Below, piece by piece: positions 38,501 to 46,449 of a stretch of 64,000 bases of DNA. The notes beneath the pieces are model-generated. The model did not search any database, had not been told where the DNA came from, and saw only the letters and a program-made list of their open reading frames with translations. The translations under genes and the position numbers were made by a program. The stretch comes from Candidatus Zhuqueibacterota bacterium (GTDB lineage: Bacteria > Zhuqueibacterota > Zhuqueibacteria > Thermofontimicrobiales > Thermofontimicrobiaceae). The first letter of the stretch is position 1, and each line of letters begins with the position of its first letter. The stretch is taken from contig JBMOPW010000032.1 in NCBI GenBank assembly GCA_049322915.1, forward strand, positions 128,001 through 192,000. Direction: 5' to 3'.

Positions 38501-40224
38501 ATAAAACCACGGCTGATCTGTACGAGAAAGCAGAGGAGTCCTACAAGCAAGCCGTGAGAATTCTGTCCCGCCTGGCGGATGAATATGAGCAGTCTCTGAT
38601 GACCGATTCGACAGCGCTGGCAGAAAACGAACTGACAAAGGTTGTTCGGGAAGATAGTACCCTGCGCGTGGCGCGCAAGTGGATCGATCGGAGCAAGGAG
38701 AAAATTTCCGAAGTCATTTATGATATTGCAGAGCTCAATTTTACTTCGGTGAATGGTTTTCTGGAAGCGCCCATTCCGGAAGGGCTGGATAATGTCGCTG
38801 AAATGGAGTACAGAAAACAAGTGCTGAGCAAAGCCATTGCTCCCTTGATTCAGGAAATTGTCGATGCCCATGTCCGCAATGTTCGCGAGGGCTGGAACCT
38901 GGGACTGGAAAACCAGTGGGTGAAATTATCCCGGCGTAAAATTCTCACGACAAGCAATTTGCTGGCATCCGAATATTATTCCTTGGCTGAGAAGTCACTC
39001 AGGCTGTACCGCGAGAGTTCAGAAAATTATATCAAAACGACCCAACAGGGTGGCTCCGCCGAAGGCCTGGATGCGACGACACTCTCGGATCAAATGGCAA
39101 ACCTGATCGACTTTACGCGGGCGTTTTCTGCGGTGACCGTTGAGATGTATCGAAAGACGCTGGAAAGGGCCGTTGAAGAGAATATCAACGATCCGAGTGT
39201 CTCTGAGACGAAAGAAATCATGCTAAAGGACCTTTATACGATCAGTCAGGAGTGCAGCGAACTTGAAAAAACCTGTCGGAACAATCGTAAGAATTATGAA
39301 AAGCAGTTCAAAGAGACTGATAAAATCGAATATGAAGATGCGCTGTTCACATACGAGGATAATTATTTTGCCTTCAGAGAGGCCAATAAGGAATTGTTGG
39401 AATTGGGCTACCAGATTGCACAGGACATGGAAATATCCAATCAGTGGGTTCCCAAAATTGTGCTGGCTCTGGTTCAGGCTAATCCCGAGGAATATGGCAA
39501 TCTGCTGAACCTGGAAGCGTCCACGACCCAGCATGCCACCAATGATAGCTGGAAAGCGACGACCCAATACACCGAGGGATGGACGCAACTCGAATTCAAT
39601 GACATCGACTGGTATACTGTTCAGCAGAAGTCGGGTGTGTTCCAGAATGCCGGCGAGGCGGATGTCGTTTGGCTTTCCGAGGTGGATACGACCGGGGTGG
39701 AATACGATACAACCGTAGTAACGGTACCAGTGATGACCGATACTTCCCTGAACGCCGAAGTTTTACCGGACTCATCGCTCAGCGACTCCAGCCGACTGGC
39801 TAACGAGACAAAATACGTTGTGACCACACGACACTGTATGGAGAATATCCCGGCGCGTCGGGTATTTTTCAGAAAGAAATTTTCTGTTACGGGTTTGCCG
39901 GTTTCTGCCGATATAAAAATAAAAGTGGATGATTCCTACAACTTGTTTTTGAACGGAGAATATGTGGCGGCGTTTGCCCAGGAAGACACGATGTCGGTGG
40001 ATCAGGAGCATTTTCATGAACTGACTGAAATTCTCGTCGAAGGCGATAATGTGCTGGCCATTGAGGGAATTGATAATAACGCCACCGGAGGTGGATTGGT
40101 AGCAGCGGTCTCGGTGAAAGCATTGCCGGAATGGAATGATAAAAAGCAGCAAATACAGATTGAGACAAGTGATATAAAAATTAAAAAGAATCTGGTGATG
40201 GATAAATACATTATCATGTATTAA
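35584..40224 (+). CDS. Large exported TPR protein (GltD/AgmU-like) with C-terminal jelly-roll sugar-binding-like domain
   Basis: Signal peptide; many TPRs (MRLAELYYE, MRIAEYYF, ALYRLGWCYYR, LRDESIEYIGISF); C-terminal FFRKKF...VDDSYNLFLNG...EGDNVLAI. Confidence 0.8.
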   Translation: MKKIILIGLFLGMLFSSQRCFSQQEPQEEGQKKAAVDSLIDSYSVEDILKYREYYQKQIENITAEKVELRKKGIRDAEKFLENNPNSKVLDKVMMRLAELYYEDAEEEFIQQMQAYDLKLEELGDAPADTTLTEPVKNYSKALGLYQIIIDEYQHSELLDDALYNKAFILEETGKIQEALTIYNSIIAEFQDSRYVPECLMRIAEYYFNPPKNDIDTAIDYYKKILEYKDSPKYDEALYRLGWCYYRKSDYPLAVSYFTILADDVQRAGEIDPEQKFSNPVLRDESIEYIGISFLDYGGTDRAVDYLNSIGGRDYGVDILKKIGDVYLNEKEMYDQAVQAYQTLLKMYPEDKEAPFIQDKIVLCYRHQNDDMMAYVARDKLFNHYKPGSPWWQNQQDETMKEKVYGITERSLRDNINLLFQRAEAANDQDLYLQAVNDSRKYLKSFASDSSAPQIHWNMALTLDTKLHQTDEAFEEYMKISDLYWGSKYQKYSAENSIALAKDAVETDTSKKQIASGETVADLQKKASSVLEALDYDRMEFSEYEKKLLRAYNNYIKLFPHEPETATILANAGALNYNNNRFPEALRYFNTIIKHFPDSKDVDYAKYTIMESYFGKRDFKSAEIIARNLKNTEGIDASLADKAKNRLAESIFLAAEVFADSADHLQAGNEYLRVVMEVPNAEFADLSVFNAALEYDKAKEFSRAVETYNYLIETRPNSKYLLDAMNNLAIDYGELKEFKNAALTYERLANAAKDSARTHDALFNSSLFFVKAEEWEDAIRINRQFVQKYPKSQDADDLFYDIATYYLKLDDLDKANSLYGEYAQLYPNSPRVIETYFHRGEYYRNKDLQALAKGEYEKAVAKNTEFKSKNLEQNDYFAAEALFQLTLLHFGEFKAIEFQLPVAKMEQSKSQKRGLLIKVVDGFTQVATFGTLRLYEATFYIGETYDEFARCWVRQEIPQMDETRRIVTQKEINKTTADLYEKAEESYKQAVRILSRLADEYEQSLMTDSTALAENELTKVVREDSTLRVARKWIDRSKEKISEVIYDIAELNFTSVNGFLEAPIPEGLDNVAEMEYRKQVLSKAIAPLIQEIVDAHVRNVREGWNLGLENQWVKLSRRKILTTSNLLASEYYSLAEKSLRLYRESSENYIKTTQQGGSAEGLDATTLSDQMANLIDFTRAFSAVTVEMYRKTLERAVEENINDPSVSETKEIMLKDLYTISQECSELEKTCRNNRKNYEKQFKETDKIEYEDALFTYEDNYFAFREANKELLELGYQIAQDMEISNQWVPKIVLALVQANPEEYGNLLNLEASTTQHATNDSWKATTQYTEGWTQLEFNDIDWYTVQQKSGVFQNAGEADVVWLSEVDTTGVEYDTTVVTVPVMTDTSLNAEVLPDSSLSDSSRLANETKYVVTTRHCMENIPARRVFFRKKFSVTGLPVSADIKIKVDDSYNLFLNGEYVAAFAQEDTMSVDQEHFHELTEILVEGDNVLAIEGIDNNATGGGLVAAVSVKALPEWNDKKQQIQIETSDIKIKKNLVMDKYIIMY

Positions 40225-40237
40225 GAGGTGGTGTTTC

Positions 40238-40657
40238 ATGACTCGATGGAAAAAAGGAACATGGATTTTTTATGCTGCGTGGCTGTGCGTTTGTTCACCC
40301 GTAATAGTCACGGCCCAGGTAAGCAATCAGAATGCCAGTTCGGTCAATTCAGCCCGGGCAAAACAGGATTCAACGCTGCGCGTTATGGCTGATTCACTGG
40401 CATCATTGGGTGATGAAATTGAACTGCTGGAAATCAGCATCGAAGCTGTGATCGAAAAACCTCGAGTGTCAATTCTTCCGAAACGAGTCGAACCGGCATT
40501 AGGCGAGATGGATTTCGTTGACCGGTCCTTTGAAAGCGAACTGAAGCAGGTTCCTGATAAGCCCATGGTAACGGATGAACGTCTCTACACACCAAAGAAA
40601 ATTGAAAATCTTAAAGCGAAACTTCTTTCAAAGAAGAGAGAATTGGAGAAAAAGTAA
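40238..40657 (+). CDS. Small exported protein, GltF/CglF-like
   Basis: Signal peptide; IEAVIEKPRVSILPKR...DRSFESEL resembles the GltF-like pattern; lies between the TPR genes and the motor genes. Confidence 0.6.
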   Translation: MTRWKKGTWIFYAAWLCVCSPVIVTAQVSNQNASSVNSARAKQDSTLRVMADSLASLGDEIELLEISIEAVIEKPRVSILPKRVEPALGEMDFVDRSFESELKQVPDKPMVTDERLYTPKKIENLKAKLLSKKRELEKK

Positions 40658-40671
40658 AGTTCTAAAACACG

Positions 40672-40753
40672 AGAAAGACCTTCCCTTTTCATTTTGAGAA
40701 ATTCAGTCAGCATGAATAACAACCGTGGAGAAATTTCCAGGGGAGGTCTTTCT
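40672..40753. repeat. 15-bp inverted repeat with long spacer upstream of the MotA/TolQ gene
   Basis: agaaagaccttccct ... aggggaggtctttct. Confidence 0.55.
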
Positions 40754-40813
40754 ATTTTAATCAGTTAACAAAGAAATAATTTACATGTAACTTAAATCAA
40801 TGATGGAGGTAGT

Positions 40814-41467
40814 ATGATTGGTGAAGTATTAAAAGGGTTTGCCACCACAGAGATGGGATGGGGATTCATGTGGGTCCTCTTGCTTTTCTTCATCGTTATG
40901 GTTGCTGTTGCCATTGAACGTGCGTATTACATCATGGTGCGGTCCAATATCAACGCGCCGCGATTCATGTCCGAGATTCGGAAGTTGGTGAAAGCCGGCG
41001 ATTACAAGAAAGCATTGTCCCTGTGCAGTTCCGCCCGGAACAAAGCTCTGGCCCAGGTTGTAGCTGCTGGTTTGAAAAAAGTGAGCGAAAGTGAAACGAT
41101 TGATTTTCGCTCCATTCAGAATTCGGTGGATGAAGGCACTCTGGAAGTGATTCCCAAGCTTCAGGATAGGACGTCCTATCTGGCAATGATTGCCAACATT
41201 GCAACACTGACCGGTCTGATGGGAACCATCTATGGCCTCATCGGAGCATTCAGAGCGGTATCAGCGCCTGGAATCGATGCCACTGAAAAATCCCGAATGC
41301 TGGCTTCGGGTATTGCAGTTGCTATGAACACAACACTGGTGGGTCTGGCAATTGCGATTCCAGCCATTCTTATTTACACGTATTTGCAGAGCAAGACTGT
41401 AAAAATCATCGATGAAATCGATGAGCATACGGTGAAGTTAATTAACCTAATTACAGGGAATCAATAA
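40814..41467 (+). CDS. MotA/TolQ/ExbB proton-channel protein (AglR-like)
   Basis: Three TM segments; IANIATLTGLMGTIYGLI; GIAVAMNTTLVGLAIAIP. Confidence 0.92.
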   Translation: MIGEVLKGFATTEMGWGFMWVLLLFFIVMVAVAIERAYYIMVRSNINAPRFMSEIRKLVKAGDYKKALSLCSSARNKALAQVVAAGLKKVSESETIDFRSIQNSVDEGTLEVIPKLQDRTSYLAMIANIATLTGLMGTIYGLIGAFRAVSAPGIDATEKSRMLASGIAVAMNTTLVGLAIAIPAILIYTYLQSKTVKIIDEIDEHTVKLINLITGNQ

Positions 41468-41469
41468 CA

Positions 41470-42006
41470 ATGGCTTTCAGACCTTCATTCAGAAGAAATG
41501 TAACTCAAGAGGAAGCGGAATTAAATATGACTCCGGTGATGAATTTAATGGTCTGTCTCATCCCATTACTTCTCACATCGGCTCAATTCATAAAAATTGG
41601 GATCATCGATTTGAATTTGCCGCCAGCCATTGGCGCTTCAGTGAGTCAGATGGAAGCGCCAAAAGAGACCGAGAAAAAGTTGGATCTGGCTGTGACCATT
41701 ACAGATGAAGGCTTTTTTATCTCAAGTTCCCTTGCTATTTTACGAGGGAGTGAGGGCGAAGGGCCTTCCATTCCGTTGATGACAGATGGCGAATACAATT
41801 TTGTGGAGTTATCCAATAAGTTATATGAATTGAAGCGCAAGGCGATTGGTAACTTCTCGGATACGGAGAAAATTGTCATTCAGGCAGAACCGGAAATTAA
41901 TTACCAACTGGTAGTGAATACGCTGGATGCCGCCCGTAACATTTCGGTGGAAGGGAAAACTTTCTCACTGTTTCCGGAAGTATCTCTGGCCGCTGGAGTC
42001 ATTTAA
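41470..42006 (+). CDS. ExbD/TolR family protein (AglS-like; TM Asp replaced by Asn)
   Basis: ELNMTPVMNLMVCLIPLLL TM segment; C-terminal AEPEINYQLVVNTLDAAR...LFPEV. Confidence 0.85.
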   Translation: MAFRPSFRRNVTQEEAELNMTPVMNLMVCLIPLLLTSAQFIKIGIIDLNLPPAIGASVSQMEAPKETEKKLDLAVTITDEGFFISSSLAILRGSEGEGPSIPLMTDGEYNFVELSNKLYELKRKAIGNFSDTEKIVIQAEPEINYQLVVNTLDAARNISVEGKTFSLFPEVSLAAGVI

Positions 42007-42137
42007 TTTCAGAAGTCCCGGAAGTCGTCCTGACCAAAACCAAACTGGGTTGAAACATCAGCCACAGCACGTGGAGGTTTTGTGCGTTCGCACTTCTTGT
42101 GATGAATTGAGGCCGGGACGATTCAAGTATATTTAAG

Positions 42138-42153
42138 TGGCACATTCCATGCA
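42138..42153 (+). promoter_or_regulatory. Possible internal sigma54 promoter
   Basis: TGGCACATTCCATGCA (GG-N10-GC) in a 200-bp gap, about 53 bp before ATG 42206. Confidence 0.35.
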
Positions 42154-42205
42154 AATTAGAAGAAATTTAATGCAGAAACAATTACATTTATAATTGGAGA
42201 AGCTA

Positions 42206-42700
42206 ATGGCTTTTATACCTTCTCGAATCAAAAAACATGACACAAATGCCGGAGCAGTCAAAGTCAATTTAACATCGATGATGGATATGTTCACAATAAT
42301 CCTTGTGTTCCTGTTGAAAACATTTTCAGCGGAAGGATCGCTCATCCAACCATCGGAGTATCTGACTTTGCCGCACTCAGGCACAGAAAAACAGCCTGAA
42401 ATAGCTCTGGATGTTGTTGTGTCCAAGGAATGGATCATGGTGAACCATGAACCAGTTGAAAAGGTGAGCAATGTTCAAAACCAGAGAAGTTTGATCATCA
42501 AAAATCTTCAGGATAAATTATCCGTCTATGCCCGGGAGTCCAGGCGAATGGAAGAATTACATGGGATCAAGTTCTCCGGCAAGGTAGCCATACAGGGGGA
42601 CAAGGAAATCCCTTACAGTCTGTTAGTTAAGGTGATGGCGACATGTGGAAAATCAGATTATCCGAATATGCGACTGGTTGTGTATAAAAAGGGAGAGTAA
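42206..42700 (+). CDS. ExbD/TolR family protein (AglQ-like)
   Basis: NLTSMMDMFTIILVFLLKTFS with conserved Asp; IQGDKEIPYSLLVKVMATC. Confidence 0.88.
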   Translation: MAFIPSRIKKHDTNAGAVKVNLTSMMDMFTIILVFLLKTFSAEGSLIQPSEYLTLPHSGTEKQPEIALDVVVSKEWIMVNHEPVEKVSNVQNQRSLIIKNLQDKLSVYARESRRMEELHGIKFSGKVAIQGDKEIPYSLLVKVMATCGKSDYPNMRLVVYKKGE

Positions 42701-42718
42701 CTGGAAGATTTGGAATAA

Positions 42719-43906
42719 ATGGACGAGGTCGATGTGAACAATCAAGGTAAAAATCCGCCGTTGGAGAAGAACGGAGACATTGGTTCGGATGCGAGCGCAT
42801 CAACCGGCGATATCTACGCATCTGGATATTTTCCAAAAGAGTTCGAACGACGATGGAGTGATTTAATTGATAAGCGATACTATACGATATTATTAATCAC
42901 TTTCGTTGTCAATTTTTCCATTGTTTTTTATTATTCGTTAAATCCGCCGGTGATAAATGTCGAAGCTGAAAGCGCCCGAATTCAGCAGCAGTATGCGCGT
43001 CTGGTGCTGGATAAAACCGAGCCGCTGGAAGAACCTGCCGAAAAAACAGAAGCTCTGCCAGTGGAGGAATTGAAAAGTGATAAAACTGTAGCTGGCAGTG
43101 GCGGAGAAGGCAGTGGTAGCGGCAGTGGATCGGGAGATGAAAAAGCCGAACAGGCTGCTGAGACTCGGGTTGGAACAGTCGAGTCGCGTCGTGCTGATTA
43201 TTCTTCGGAAACTGAAAAACGCCGTACATCCCGCGAGCAAATTTCCCGCGAAGTGAGTTCCAAAGGCTTATTGGGTTTGCTCACCAGCGATGGCGGAACA
43301 GCCACGGGCGAGGGGGTGGCGGACGTGCTGGGTGATGCCGGCTCTGGAAGCCAGAAAAATCTGGATGAGGTTTTGGGCAATCTCGATGGGCTAAAAACAA
43401 CGGGCCAATCAACCTCAGGGTCTGGCGGTTCTGGCACAGGCTCCGGTTCAGGTGACCGATCGCAACGCGGCGGACGCGCAGCCGGGGGTGGTGGCATTGA
43501 TGATTTGATCAGCGGAAAGGAAGAGGCAAAATCAGCCCAGATTTCCCGCAAAGGAAATATTGTCGTTGAAAAGGTTTCTTCCATCGCCGACGAAAAAGGC
43601 ATCAAGTCGGAGAGTCGCGATGCGGACAAAGTGTCCGAAGTGATCAACGCGCACAACGCCGCCATTCAATATTGTTATCAGAGAGAACTCAAACAAAATC
43701 CTGATCTGAAAGGTAAGCTGGTGGTCCGATTCACGATTATGCCCAATGGCAAAACAACGAATGTGAAAATTGTATCGTCCACATTGAACAATTCGCGTGT
43801 GGAACGCTGTATCATCAGTCGGATCGAGCGATGGGACGATTTCGGCGTCATCGATGCATCCAAGGGAGACGCCACATTTAGACAGGTTTATACATTCGGG
43901 TATTGA
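42719..43906 (+). CDS. TonB-like energy transducer with AgmX/PglI-type C-terminal domain (GltG-like)
   Basis: Single TM, long Gly/Ser linker, C-terminal IQYCYQRELKQNPDLKGKLVVRFTI...SSTLNNSRVERCI...W. Confidence 0.85.
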   Translation: MDEVDVNNQGKNPPLEKNGDIGSDASASTGDIYASGYFPKEFERRWSDLIDKRYYTILLITFVVNFSIVFYYSLNPPVINVEAESARIQQQYARLVLDKTEPLEEPAEKTEALPVEELKSDKTVAGSGGEGSGSGSGSGDEKAEQAAETRVGTVESRRADYSSETEKRRTSREQISREVSSKGLLGLLTSDGGTATGEGVADVLGDAGSGSQKNLDEVLGNLDGLKTTGQSTSGSGGSGTGSGSGDRSQRGGRAAGGGGIDDLISGKEEAKSAQISRKGNIVVEKVSSIADEKGIKSESRDADKVSEVINAHNAAIQYCYQRELKQNPDLKGKLVVRFTIMPNGKTTNVKIVSSTLNNSRVERCIISRIERWDDFGVIDASKGDATFRQVYTFGY

Positions 43907-44004
43907 TGAAGCCTTACAGTTCGTACCCAATAGATTTGGTCTCGTGGCGGTTGACCTGATCATTCCATCCTCGTCATTTATAAAACATTTATATTCTGCA
44001 AATT

Positions 44005-44039
44005 AAGTCGCTGGATATTTTATCCGGCGATTTTTTTTT
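44005..44039 (+). terminator. Rho-independent terminator closing the Agl-Glt-like operon
   Basis: aagtcgctggata-ttt-tatccggcga followed by T9. Confidence 0.8.
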
Positions 44040-44148
44040 GGATTATCAGTATGAAAATGAAATTGATATTGATTTTACTAAATAATTTAGTTAAATTGAA
44101 CGTTCAAAATTGGGGTGTAACAACTATCTCTGAAAAAGGAAATTTGCA

Positions 44149-45936
44149 TTGAAAACGCTTTTCATGGAAAAACGAACGCACCACTGCGGAGATCTGAGGG
44201 GAGCCCACGCCGGACAATCAGTCGTCCTGCAAGGATGGGTAAGTCGCCGACGGGATCACGGTAATTTAATCTTTATTGATCTTCGCGATATTCACGGCAT
44301 CACCCAAATTGTATTTGACCCGATTGAGAGAGATTCTGCTTACTCTGCGGCGAAAGAGTTGAAGCAGGAGTATGTCATTAGCGTAACCGGTCAGGTGAGG
44401 CTGCGGCCGGAGGGCATGGTCAATGAAAATATGGCGACCGGGGAGATTGAAGTTCTGGCCACCGGGATCAGCGTGTTAAACCCTTCGAAGACACCGCCAT
44501 TTCTCATCGTGGACAATGTGGATGCCACCGAAGAGTTGAGATTCCGCTATCGTTATCTGGATTTGCGTCGGCCTGAAATGCAGAAGAGCTTAATCGTACG
44601 GCATCGCGTCGCCCAGATTGTGAGGCGCGCGCTGGATGAACAGGGATTCCTCGAAATCGAGACGCCATTTCTGATGCGCAGCACCCCCGAAGGCGCGCGT
44701 GATTTTCTCATCCCGAGTCGCATGCATCGAGGGAAGTTTTATGCCCTTCCTCAGTCGCCGCAAACGTACAAACAGGTATTGATGATTGCTGGCTATGATA
44801 AATATTTTCAGATTGTCAAATGTTTCCGTGATGAGGATTTTCGCTCCGAACGACAGCCTGAATTTACCCAGATTGATATTGAAATGTCGTTCGTCGATGA
44901 ATACGATATTCGTCAGGTCACTGAAGGACTGGTTAGGAAAATTTTTAAGGACATCGTCCAGGTCGAGTTTAAGACACCTTTCCCAGTGTTGACCTATGAA
45001 ATGGCGATGGCGAAGTACGGGTCCGATAAGCCGGACCTTCGCTTCGGTTTGGAAATTCACGACCTGAGTCACATTGTAGCCTGCAGTGAATTCAAAGTAT
45101 TTTCAGGGACAGTGGCGGATGGTGGAATTATTGCAGCGGTGAATCTTAAAGGCAGAGCCGACTATTCCCGGAAGCAAATTGATGAACTAAATCTGTTCAT
45201 CCAGAATATGGGCGGGAAGGGTGTGTTGACGGCGAAAGTCAAAGAGAACGATGTAGAAGGGTCATTCCGAAAATTCCTTTCCGATGCGATGGTCTCCGAG
45301 ATGCTCAGGGTGATGGGCGGCGAGTCCGGCGATTTGTTGATACTCATCGCGGGTAGTCGGGCTGCCACGCTGGATATGCTGGGGCGGTTGCGTTTAAAAC
45401 TGGGAAAAGACGAAGGACTGATCGATTCCAATTCCTTTTCTCCGCTGTGGGTGATTGATTTTCCATTATTGGAATACAGTGAGGAAGAGCAGCGATTTAT
45501 CGCCATGCATCATCCGTTCACTTCGCCGAAGGTTGAAGATATTGAATTATTTGAAAAAGATCCATTACAGATGAAAGCCCGGGCGTACGATTTAGTCATC
45601 AATGGATACGAGATCGCCGGGGGGAGCATCAGAAATTATATATATGAAAACCAGATGAAGGTTTTCTCATTGCTCAAGATTGATGAAGCCGAAGCCCAGA
45701 GCAAATTCGGATTTTTACTGGATGCTTTGCAATATGGCGCGCCACCGCACGGCGGCATCGCTTTTGGCTTTGACCGGCTGGTGATGCTGTTGGCCGGGAA
45801 AAATTCCATTCGGGATGTGATCGCATTCCCGAAAACGACGAGCGCACTGTCACTCATGGACAATTCACCGGCAGAGGTCGATGACGCGCAACTTCGAGAA
45901 TTGGGCTTGAAGGTGGTTGACAAAGAGCAGCCATAA
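44149..45936 (+). CDS. aspS: Aspartate--tRNA ligase
   Basis: RRDHG, FIDLRD, YRYLDLRR, LPQSPQ, CFRDED..RQPEFTQ, YGAPPHGGIAFG, IAFPKT. Confidence 0.97.
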   Translation: MKTLFMEKRTHHCGDLRGAHAGQSVVLQGWVSRRRDHGNLIFIDLRDIHGITQIVFDPIERDSAYSAAKELKQEYVISVTGQVRLRPEGMVNENMATGEIEVLATGISVLNPSKTPPFLIVDNVDATEELRFRYRYLDLRRPEMQKSLIVRHRVAQIVRRALDEQGFLEIETPFLMRSTPEGARDFLIPSRMHRGKFYALPQSPQTYKQVLMIAGYDKYFQIVKCFRDEDFRSERQPEFTQIDIEMSFVDEYDIRQVTEGLVRKIFKDIVQVEFKTPFPVLTYEMAMAKYGSDKPDLRFGLEIHDLSHIVACSEFKVFSGTVADGGIIAAVNLKGRADYSRKQIDELNLFIQNMGGKGVLTAKVKENDVEGSFRKFLSDAMVSEMLRVMGGESGDLLILIAGSRAATLDMLGRLRLKLGKDEGLIDSNSFSPLWVIDFPLLEYSEEEQRFIAMHHPFTSPKVEDIELFEKDPLQMKARAYDLVINGYEIAGGSIRNYIYENQMKVFSLLKIDEAEAQSKFGFLLDALQYGAPPHGGIAFGFDRLVMLLAGKNSIRDVIAFPKTTSALSLMDNSPAEVDDAQLRELGLKVVDKEQP

Positions 45937-45967
45937 TGAAAAAATCCCAGCGTATCAAATTTTTTCC

Positions 45968-45996
45968 TTGACTATTACTTTTTTTTTTGTTATTAT
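45968..45996 (+). promoter_or_regulatory. Sigma70-type promoter with extended -10
   Basis: TTGACT-17-TATTAT with TGn before the -10 box. Confidence 0.65.
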
Positions 45997-46138
45997 TAAA
46001 CGATTTATTGGGTTAAATCTAATAAATTTGGTTGACACGATTGGCATGAATGATATTTGATACAAATACTGAATGGAGGGAAAAAGGTTTTTTTAATTTA
46101 AACGAATAATTCAATTTATGGAAGGAGGTGTTAACTTA

Positions 46139-46411
46139 ATGCGAAAGATGATGAGGACAATCATCGTGCTCATTTCAGTGGCGTGTTTAATTCTTTCTAT
46201 CACGCTGACCGGGTGCACGAAGCATCCGAATGAAGAACAGCGACAGGCGCTGGAAGAGCAAAAGAAGGCTGCCCTAGCAGCGGAAGAGCAGTTGGCGAAA
46301 CAGCAGCAAGTGAAAGCTGATCTCGAAAGAGAGCTGGCCGAGAAGAAACAGAAGTTAGAAGATGCTAAGAGCGAAAAAGAAGCAGTGAAAAATCGATTAA
46401 GCGGCATGTAA
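46139..46411 (+). CDS. Small coiled-coil lipoprotein
   Basis: GGAGG RBS; lipobox LTGC; mature part is a continuous E/K/Q/A-rich heptad helix. Confidence 0.8.
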   Translation: MRKMMRTIIVLISVACLILSITLTGCTKHPNEEQRQALEEQKKAALAAEEQLAKQQQVKADLERELAEKKQKLEDAKSEKEAVKNRLSGM

Positions 46412-46449
46412 AATTTTATCTCAAAAATTTCATTTGGAGGAAAATTTAA

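Noticed and set aside
43090..43500. ggcagt/ggttct-type short repeats
   Set aside because: They encode the Gly/Ser linker of the TonB-like protein and are not an independent repeat element
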